A DNA stretch of 64,000 nucleotides. Origin: Vicugna vicugna. Its lineage: Eukaryota. The notes beneath the pieces were generated by a model. It did not search any database. It saw only the letters and a program-made list of their open reading frames with translations, and was not told the origin of the DNA. The stretch spans positions 62,001-126,000 of the forward strand of contig MU057981.1 in the NCBI GenBank assembly GCA_013265495.1, read 5' to 3'. The position numbers were made by a program, and so were the translations under genes. Shown here in pieces: positions 54,245 to 64,000 of the stretch; position 1 is the first letter of the stretch; every line of letters starts with the position of its first letter.

Positions 54245-55085
54245 ATGACTAAAATGTCTTCCTTGTATAGATTTTGTCTTTGTCCTTGTTCCTAGCTCAC
54301 AGCTCCCAAAAGATGGGAACTCCTTTTGTGATAATATTTGATCTCTTGTCCTCAGTTCCTGAAAAGGCTTCAGAGCCATAAAGGTGAAATGGGTGTCTTG
54401 TTCATAACCAGCACCCTTCAATCACAAATAAATTTATGTAAATGAGGTGACTTTTTGAAAACTCTTAAAGATGGGGGGTTGGTTGCTAGGGGAACAAACT
54501 ACAAATAGAGGGTTGGAACTTTCAGTCCTACTCCCTGATTTCTGGGTAGGGAGAGGGGCTGGAAATGGAATCAATCATCAATAGCCAATTATTTAATCAA
54601 TAGTGCCTGTGTAACAAAACCTCCATGAACACTCCAAAGTAGGGGGTTTGGAAAGCTTCGGGTTGGGATACCGGAAGGCGTCCATTACCACCACGCTATG
54701 TGGGCCCCAAACTCCATGAGGACAGAAGCTCCTTTGTTCTCTTCATCTCGCTATTGATTTTTATTCTTTAATTTTTCTTTGTAATAAACCAGTCATCTAA
54801 TGAATTTCCTGAGTTCTGTGAGCCACTCTAGCAAATTAAACACAAGGAGTGGAGGGGTCATGGGACCCTCCAATCAGGGGCACAAGTGAAAATAGCAGCT
54901 AGTTGTTGGCATCTAAAGTGGAGGAAGGTCTGGTGGGTCTGTGCTCTTAACCAGTGGAATCTGAGGCTATCTCTTGATAGGTAGTCAGAAATGAGTTGAA
55001 TTGTAGGACATCTAGCTGGGATAGAGTTGCTTGTAAACTCACACACACACACACACACACACCCCGGAAATTGAGGTACAGAACA
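54245..55085. mobile_element. MER21-family LTR
   Basis: Hallmarks tagagggttggaactttcagtcc, agggagaggggctgga and cctgagttctgtgagccactctagcaaatta. Confidence 0.75.
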
Positions 55086-57610
55086 CTTTTAGCTGCATTA
55101 TATGATAGTTCTATGTTTAATTTTTTTGAGGAATATCCATACTCTTTTCCAGACAATGACTGCAAAAGTTTACATTTCCATTAATGAAGCACAAAAGTGT
55201 TCTTTTCCATTACATCCTAGCCAACACTCATCTCCCCTATTTTATAGTAGCTATTCTAACAGGTAAGAGGTGATAAATAAGATTTCTTATTGTGGTTTTG
55301 ATTTGCATTTCCCTGATGATTAATGATGTTTCTTTTTAGAGGCTTCAAATCTGGGCAATTTGTATGTAGTCTTTGGAAAAAAATGGCTATTCAGTTCCTC
55401 TGGCATCTTAAAAACAGATTATTTTATTTGCATTTGAATTATATGAGTTCCATATATATTTTGGATATTAAACCCTTATCAGATACATGCTTTTCAAAAA
55501 TTTTCTCCCATTCATAGTTTGCCTTTTACTTTTTTGGTTGTATCATTGTGCAGGCTTTTTTTTTTTTTTTAAATATATAGCCTCCTTATTTATTCCTGTT
55601 TTTGTTGCCTTTCCTTTTGGTGTCATATCCAAAAGAATCACTGGCAATACTGAAGTCAAAAAGCTTTCTCTTTCTTTTATTTTAGAAATTTTAGAGTTTC
55701 ATGTCATATATAAGTATTTAATCCATTGCAAGTTCATTTTGGAGTGGTATAATATAGGGCTTTGATTTTATTCTTTTATATCCAATTATCCAGTTTTCTC
55801 TACACCATTGATTGAATAGACTATCTTTCCCCACTAAGTAAACTTGGCTCCACTGTCAAATATTACTTGATCACATATGAGAGGATTTCTTTCTGAGTTC
55901 TCCATTCTGTTCCATTGGCCTATGTGGCCAGTACCACAGTATTTCAAATAGTACAGTTTTTAAATACTGTTTGAAAGAAAGTGTGATGCCTTCAGCTTTG
56001 TTCTTCTTTCATGATTGCTTTGGCTATTCAGGTCTTTTGTGGCTCCACACCAACTTTAGGATTTTTTTTTTCTGTTTCAGTGAAACACGCCATTGGAATT
56101 TTTGATAAAGGGTTTATTGAATCTATAGATGACTGGATAGTATGAGCATTTTAACAATATTATTTCTTCCAATCCATCAACACAAGGTATCTTTCCATTT
56201 ATTTGTGTCTTTTTCAGATGACTCACTGTTAGGGTATAAAAATGCAGTTGATTCTGTGTGCTGACTTTCAACTCTGCAATTTTAACATTTGTTTATTAGT
56301 ACTAATTGTCTTTTGGTGGGATCTTTATGATTTTTATATATGAGATAATATCATCTGCAAACAAAGCCAGTTTACTTCTTTCTTTCCAATTCAGGTCCTT
56401 TTTTCTTTCCTAATTGTTCTGACTAGGATTTGGCTTCCTTGTACTTACCCTATCTGACGTTAGTATTGAGATTATGCTGGCCTTATTAAATGAGTTTGGG
56501 AATGTTCACTCCACTTTATTTTTTTAAAGTTTCAGAAGAATTGGTGTTAATTCTTCTTTAAAGTTTTGATAGAATTCACCAGTGAAGACATCTGGTCCTG
56601 GACTTCTCTTTGTTGGGAGATCTTTAATGATGATTAAGTTTCCTTAGTCATTATTATTCTGTTTAGATTTTTTTGTTTCTTCATGGTTTAATCTTGGTTG
56701 ATTGTATGATTCCAGGAATCTATCCATTTCTTCTAGCTTAACAAGCTTGTTGGTGTATAACTCTCATAGTCTCTTATGATCATTGCAGTTCTGTGGTATT
56801 ATTATAATGCCTCTTCTTTCATTGTTGATTTTATTTATCTGAGTCTTCTCTCTCTCTTTTTAGTTATTATACTTAAAGTTTTGTCAATTTAAGAAATATT
56901 TTCAATTAAGCCAGATCTTAGTTTCATTGATCCTTTCTATTTTTTTCTGGTCTCTTACTTTTGCTATGATCTTTTTTATTTCTTTTCTTCTGCTAAATTT
57001 GTGCTTAGCTTGTTACTTTTTTTTTTCTTGGTCCTTTATGATGAAAGTTAAGTTTGTTAATTTGAGGTCTTGTTTCTTGATGTAGACATTTATTGTAATA
57101 AGCTTCTCTCTTACAATTGCTTTTACTGCATCCTACAGGTTTTATTATGTTGAGTTTCCATTGTCATTTCTTTCAATATATGTTTTAATTTCTATTTTTG
57201 TTTTTTCTTCTACCCAGAAATGTGTTTCTTCTGTTCAGGAGTCTTATTTAATTTTCACATGTTTGGACTTTTCTAGTTTACTTTATATTACTGGATTCTA
57301 GTCCTATACAGTTGTGCTCAGAAAATATGGTATGATTTCAATCTTATTAAATTTTCTAAGAGTGATTTTGTGTGTATATGCCACATCTTTATTCATTCGT
57401 CTGTTGATGGACCCTTAGGTTGCTTCTGTATCTTGGCTATTGTAAATACTGCTACTGTGAACATTGGGATGCATGTATCTTTTCAGTTTAGTATTTTTGT
57501 TTTTTCAGATATATACCCAGGAATGGAGTTGCTGGATCATATGGTTTTTGTTTGTTTGTTTTTGTTTTAAATCTCCATGCAACTTTCCACAGTGGCTACA
57601 CCAATTTACA

Positions 57611-58847
57611 GCCACTCTGGAGTAAGATTCTTCCAATCCTGCTGTGGCTCCCTGGTGGCTCAGGTGGCTTCTTCAGGCTGCAGGGTGGGTCTGAGATGAC
57701 CCTGCAGAGTAACACAAGCTGAGCTTCCCCTGCCGGGCCGGGCCCAGGGCGCAGCACTGGGGAACGTTCCTGCGGTCTTGGAGCTGGGTCCGCCCCTGGC
57801 AGCAAGGCACAGACTGTGGGCCTCAGGGCTCCTGGAGGTCAGGCAGGTCAGCCAGCAGCATGGGGGCGTCCATCTGGATCTCACGCTGCAGGGACTCCAC
57901 GTCTGCAGGGATCATGCCTTGGCCCTCAAGCCAGCCAGCAAGCAGGGAGGCCAAGAGCGGGAGAGTTGGCCTGGCCGTCCTGGGGCCCGTCAGCCACGCA
58001 CATGCCAAAAAATTGGCTTAGGAATTCCTCCAGGTCAAAGCAGACACCCTAGCCAGCCTCACTGCCCGCTGGTGCACCCGAGAACACAGGGGCAGGGGGT
58101 CCTCCACCTGCGACTTGGACCGCTGCTGGGTCACTAGGTTGACGTCGGCTGACTCTGAGGCGGAGGGCTGAGGGGGCCCCCGGGATCTGGACAGGGTGGG
58201 CCAGAGGGGAAGCAAGGCAGAACATTCAGGGCGCCGGGGCCCGGCAGCCCGCGGTGGGGCCAGGAGGCCGGAGGTGGTGGTGGTCGGGGGAGGGGGGGCA
58301 GGTGCAGGCCTGGGGGGCCGAGGGTCGGTCAGACAGGCAGAGGGCTGGGATGGGGGGTCGCGGGTGCAGGGGCAGGGGGCCGGGCCATGTGAGTCCAGCG
58401 CTCCCGCAGACGTCGGTCATTGTGGCTGAGCACCAGCCCCGCCAGAGGGTCGGGCCCCACGCTTCTGGCGCTCCGGCTCCTGCCGCCGCCGCGGCTTCCC
58501 GCGCCGCTCCCGCTGGCGCTCCTGGGCCGTCACCGGCTTCCTAGGCTCAGAGGCTTCCAGAGGGGCCCTGGGGCCACCTCGGAGCCGGCTCCTCAAAGAC
58601 TTGAGCAGGGCCGGCCTTGAGGGCTGCCTTGGTGTTGTCTGAGATGGCCCCCTCCCTCTTCGGATGGGTGGTTCACTGGCGGGAGGGGTAGGGGTTAGGG
58701 GGGTGGGGGGCTGCAGTGTAAGATCAATGGTATCAGGAAGGGGGCGTGGAGGTGGGGCTGGCGAAGGAGGGTGGAACTCCATGGCGCAGTCCTCACTGGG
58801 GCCCCGTGGACTGGGCATCTCAATGTGGAGGCAGTAGATTCACTGGC
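57611..58847 (-). pseudogene. MAPK7: Spliced fragment of MAPK7 (ERK5): C-terminal region plus partial 3' UTR
   Basis: Minus-strand translations IDLTLQPP, ALLKSLRSRLR, PRKPVTAQERQRE, DVNLVTQQRSKSQVEDPLP and SLQREIQMDAPMLLADLPDLQEP* match ERK5. No introns, several frameshifts, no polyA and no TSD. Confidence 0.93.
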
Positions 58848-59319
58848 CAGTGTGTGAGGGGGTCCCTTTTCTCCACATCCTCATCAACATTCATTATTTG
58901 TGTTCTTTTTAATAACAGCCATTCTGACAGATGTGAGGTGATACCTCATTGTGGTTTTGATTTGCATTTCCCTGATGTTAGTGACGTTGATCATCTTTTC
59001 AAGTGCCTGTTGGCCATTTGCGTGTCTTCTTTGGGAAAAAAAAAAAGTCTATTCATATCTTGTGCTCATTTTTTAATTGTTTTTTGAATTTTGAGTTGTA
59101 TGAGCTGCTTGTATATTTTGCATATTAACCCCTTATAGGTCATATCACTTGCAAATATTTTCTCCTATTCAGTATTGTCCTTTGGTTTTGTTGGTGGTCA
59201 TCTTTTCTGTGCAGAAGCCTTTAATTAGATCTCATTTGCTTATTTTTGCCTTTATTTCCTCTGCTTTAAGAAGCAGATAAAAATAATTGCTATGATTTAT
59301 GTTAAACAATAGTCTGCCT

Positions 59320-60164
59320 TTTCTGCCCGCTCCCCCCTTCCCGCAAGCACCGCTCCAGCGGCACCACTCTCACTCGGATCTCCAGCTAAGAGAGCGCCAC
59401 CGTTGTCTCCCTCCAGCCGCCATCATGATCACCTACCGGGGCCTCATCAGCCATAATGAGATATTCTCCGAAATCTACAAGATCCGGGAGGTTGCGGAGG
59501 GCTGTGTCTGGAGGTGGAGGGGAAGATGGTCAGTAGGACAGAGGGTAACATTGATGACTCGCTCATTGGTGGAAATGCCTCCGCTGAAGGCCCCGAGGGC
59601 GAAGGTACCGAAAGCACAGTAATCACTGGTGTCGATATTGTCATGAACCATCACTTGCAGGAAACCAGCTTCACAAAACAAGCCTACAAAAAGTACATCA
59701 AAGATTACATGAAGTCAATCAAAGGGAAACTTGAACAGTGACCAGAAAGAGTAAAACCTTTTATGACAGGGGCTGCAGAACAAATCAAGCACATCCTTGA
59801 TAATTTCAGAAACTATCAGTTCTTTATTAGTGAAAACATGAATCCAGATAGCATGGTGGCTTTGCTGGACTACCGTGAGAATGGTGTGACCCCATATATG
59901 ATTTTCTTTAAGGATGGTTTAGAAATGGAAAAATGTAAACAAATTTGGCTGTTACTTTGGGTCTATCACCTGTCGTCATAACTGGCTGGCCACTGCTTTC
60001 ATCCACACAACATCACGACTTAAAAGACAAATGGAACTGATGCCATCTTGAGCTTCATTTATTTTGATGTTGATTTATTTGGAATGGAGGCATTGTTTTT
60101 GAGAAAAAAAACGTGTAGGTTGTCTAAAAATAAAATGCATTTAAATTTAAAAAAATAAAAAAAG
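59320..60164 (+). pseudogene. TPT1: Full-length processed pseudogene of TPT1 (TCTP)
   Basis: Pyrimidine-rich 5' end and ATG at 59425 ([20 protein letters not shown]...[20 protein letters not shown]...[11 protein letters not shown]), with a frameshift and a stop. AATAAA, A-tail and TSD aatagtctgcct (59308-59319 / 60165-60176). Confidence 0.97.
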
Positions 60165-61749
60165 AATAGTCTGCCTATGATTTCCTCTAGTAGTTTTATG
60201 AATTCTCTTCTTACATTAGGTTTTTAATCTACTTTTTTTTTTGGATTTGGTGTTAAGAGAATATTATAATATCATTCTTTTACAGGTAGCAGTCCAGTTT
60301 CCCAGCACCACTTATTGCAGAGACTGTCTTTTTCCATTGTATATTCTTGTTTCCTTTGTCAAAGATTAGTTGACTGTGGGTGTGTGGGTTTATTTCTGGG
60401 CTCTCTATTCTGTTCTGTTGATCTGTGTGTCTGTTTTTGTGCCAGTTTTAAACTGTTTTGATTACTGTAGCTTTATAGCAAAATTTGAAGTCAGGGAGTG
60501 TGATTCCTCTAACTCTATTCTTTCTCAAGATTGTTTTGGCTATTCAGGATCCTTGCATTTCCATACAAATTTTAAAATTATTCTAATTCTCTGAAAATGG
60601 CATGGAATATTACTTAGCCATAAAAAGAATGAAATTTTGCCATTTGCAACAACATGGGTGGACTTGGAGGGTTTTATGGTAAGTGAAACCCAGACAGAGA
60701 AATACAAATGCTATACAATATTACTTATATGTGAAATCTGAAAATACAATAAATTGATGAAGACAATGAGAAAGAATCAGACTCACAGATATAGAGAACT
60801 AGCAGTTACCAGTGGGAACAGGGATGGGGGAAAGGACAGTATAAGGGTAGAGGATTAAGAGGTACAAACTATTATGTATAAAATAAGCTACAAGGATATA
60901 TTGTATGATGCAGGAAATATAGTTAATATTTTATAATAACCACAGAGTATAGCCTTTACACATTTTAAATCACTATGTTGTACACCTGTAATTTATGTAA
61001 TATTGTGCATCAACTATACTTCAACTGAAAAAATGAGGCTGAGTTGTAAAAGAAATAAGACTATAACATCAATCTGGAGAAAGTTTTGTTTTGTGTGTGT
61101 TTGACAAGAATGTTCATTCTACTTGTGTTGAAAGGAATGTTCTCTTTATATTTGTTAGGTCAGCTTGATCTAAAGTATAGTTCAAGTCCAGTATTTCCTT
61201 ACTGCTTTTCTGTCTTGATGATTTATTCATTATTGAAAGTGAAGTATTGAAGTAAAAGAAATTATGGTCTGAAATGATCTCTCTTGGCCCTGAACAGTGC
61301 CACCTTGGGGAAGGGTTGATGTGGATCAAGTCAAAATTTTCCTCTATCTCCAATGCATCCACACTCATACATTTTTGTTCTGACAGTGTGCTGGGACTTC
61401 TCCATTCAAAGCCTGGACTTCCAGATAGGCTCTTTCATGTGTGAGTGATTATCTGAGACAGGGCTCTTCAGGGTCTCCTGGATCATGGCTGGGAGGAACT
61501 GGAGGTAGTTTATGGACCACTTCAGGGTCAACAGCCAAGATCAAGGTCTGCAAGCCTATTCATCAATGTGCAGGTGGGCAAGGCTCCTCCTGGGTCCCAT
61601 GGCATATGGTGCTGGATCCCACAACTCCCTCAAGGCACTTTAGTGTGTAAATAGATGCTAAATTTTTGTTGTTTGGAAGGAGGCATGAACAACTATGTCT
61701 TATTCAGCCATATCTTTGTGATGTCACCTTTCTTCACTTCGTTTTATCC

Positions 61750-62250
61750 ATTAGAGTTCAGTGTTGTTTTCCTCATATAGATCTTGTACATATTTTGTTA
61801 GAGTTACACCTGAATATTTCATTTTCAAGAATGCTGATGTAAATGACACTGTGCTTTAATTTCAAATCCCACTTATTCTTTGTTGATGTATAGGAAAGCA
61901 ATTGGCTTATGTATGTTAACCTTGTTTCCTGAAACCTTGCTATAACAGCTTAATAGTTCCTGGAAGTTTTTGTTGATTCTTTTGGATTTCATTGATAGAT
62001 AATCAAAGTCAATTCTGGGCAAAGACAGTTCTAGTTCTTCCTTCCCAACCTGAATAGCTTTTATTTTCTGACTTATTGCAACAATGACTTCCATTTTGGT
62101 GTTGAAAAGGAGTGGTAAGAGGGCATATTGTTCTTTGTTCCTGGTCATAGATGAGTTTCAAGTTTCTCATCGTTTAGTAAGATGTTAGCTGGAGGTTTTG
62201 TGTATATATTATCAACGTGAGGAAGCTCCTGTCTATTGTCTATACTGTTT
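61750..62250 (-). mobile_element. Old L1 ORF2 fragment
   Basis: The minus-strand translation LLPLLFN...YSKVSGNKVNIHKPIAFLY is ORF2p RT-region-like. Confidence 0.75.
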
Positions 62251-64000
62251 AAGGTAAAACAGCTCAAACATTCTATTCCTAGTAGCACTTCTGCTGCAAA
62301 CACAAAGCAAAACAACAGAGAGGGAGGGAGAGCTGTGAGCTCATTATAGCTCATGGTGCTTGACTCCTTCTTTTAACCCACCATGAATCCCTAACACTTC
62401 AAATGTACTCTTTAAGGGATTTGCTATCTTGTTGCATAAATGTTCTGTCCTGTTCAAATTTATTTTTTTCTCAGTGTCTCATAGAAAGCTTTGCCACACT
62501 TGATGTCCAGTACCTTTCTGTTGTTGGGGATTTATTGCTGAGTGAAATAATAAAGTGTAGTAATAAAAATATATGGTATAGAATTGATGATTGAATCACT
62601 GATGGTTGCATTGTACTGTTTCCCAAGTACATTGGTTCTATATTTGAAGAAAAAAACCTGATTATGTATTGCAGCCCTTGGTAACTTTTTATTCCTGATG
62701 GCTTGTGCACAGTCAACTAAATTATCTCAATAATAATTCCAATAGCTCTAATGTAATATGGGACAGAGATTCAAATAATTCACTTATGTTCTTTAGAGCT
62801 TTTTTATTTACACTAGTAGGACATTTACAAAAGGGAAAAATCACTCTGTTTTTGTACAGATTCACATGTGGTCACTTCAAGGTTCTCCACAAGGCACTAG
62901 GAGATACTTCATCCTATCAATAGATTGTTGTTATCTCTTTAGCCAATAAGAATTTGACTCAGAGATACCTAATAAATAATAAAACATAAATGTTACCTAT
63001 CCCTTGCAGCTGCAGAGGGCTATGGTGTTACTAGCTCAGTCTGTGAATCATGGAGATTTAAAAACTGAAGCTAGCTGGGCTTCTGTGAGCTGCACAGCTT
63101 ATTACTGAAGTGACTATTACAAATACAAAGTGAGTTCAGTTCTTACCTTCCTTCTGTTCAGATGACAAACATAGCAACATAAATGTATAAAAGACCTCCC
63201 TCCAAAATTTTGTTACATTGGAACCCCATTTGTGATTGATGAATTATAATGTACAGTATTTAAATCATTTTGGATAGTATCATTTTTTAATATACACCTG
63301 TAGGAGTTTCCAGGGTAAGGGCTGTAATATAGATAAGAACGGTCAGGAAACTCACTTTCTTCTTCCCACAACCACAAAGCACCCAGATTGTCAGATGGAG
63401 AAAGGAAGGTTCATAGTCAATTACCTGAGGTTTATAAGGCTAACTCTGCCATGCTAATTATGTCCTAAACAGTATCAACAAACTGTTCCTGTTAATCAAA
63501 AAACAACATATGTGTGTGTGTGTATTTCCTTAAATCAAGGGAGCAGAATAAAGTAGTGTAATAAAAAAGTGTGATGTGGAAACAGAATTAGTTTTGTAGC
63601 TCTGCCATATGCTTATTGTATGATTTTGGGCAAATTCCTTAACTGATTTAAATGTCAATACCATAGTCTTTAAATTGGCTTCCACATAGTTCTTAACATA
63701 CAGGGTTTTTGTGAGAATTAAATAAATGAATAATGTTAAGTTACTCAATATAGTGCTGGCCACATCAGCAGCATGCAGTGAATGTTAAGCAGAACTGTAA
63801 CTGCAAAATCCCAGTATTAATGCCAAAATTACTTAGTGATAAGTTTAAGAAATACAGAGTCTACCTTACATCTCAAAACTCTCCTGAAGAACAAAAAGGA
63901 AGATTTTAAGACATGAAGAGAGTGATTATATCCTTGCAAGGAAAGGCTTAATTGTACAGAGTTGTGAGTTACCCCCAAATTCATTTAAAAATCTATCAAC

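Larger units (their letters stand above)
57368..61035 (+). mobile_element. 5'-inverted (twin-primed) L1
   Basis: A minus-oriented segment (57368-60598) is followed by a plus-oriented 3' end (60601-61035). The reverse complement of the 57368 end (aaagatgtggcatatacacac) continues in L1 into atggaatattacttagcc at 60602. Confidence 0.85.
53595..61720 (-). mobile_element. Old L1 (L1M-type) hosting a nested LTR and a younger inverted L1
   Basis: 3' UTR at 53.6-54.2 kb, ORF2 at 55.1-57.36 kb, resuming at about 61.07 kb (KSSRQKSSKEILDLNYTLDQADLTNI), with 5' UTR-like sequence to about 61.7 kb. Confidence 0.8.

Noticed and set aside
57660..58620. Plus-strand and alternative-frame ORFs
   Set aside because: They are antisense or off-frame readings of the GC-rich MAPK7 fragment.
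1..64000. Prokaryotic systems such as CRISPR arrays or operons
   Set aside because: The sequence is clearly mammalian and shows no repeat-spacer array.

Overview
Repeat-rich mammalian DNA, probably camelid, inferred from the tRNA-derived SINE at 36.9 kb and the L1 3' ends. I found no intact host gene or convincing native coding exon. The window is dominated by nested L1s, solo LTRs, MIR/MER relics and microsatellites. Its notable feature is six captured transcripts within about 42 kb: retrocopies of TUBB, SNAI1 (3' part), PITX2 (5'-truncated), MAPK7/ERK5 (C-terminal half, no polyA or TSD) and TPT1, plus an unidentified ~920-bp TSD-flanked insert with a 129-aa ORF. There is also a ~1.9-kb foreign genomic segment, resembling a CpG-island promoter with a first exon, that replaces about 215 bp inside an L1. 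Gene and repeat identities come from recalled sequences, not from database searches, and repeat boundaries are approximate.
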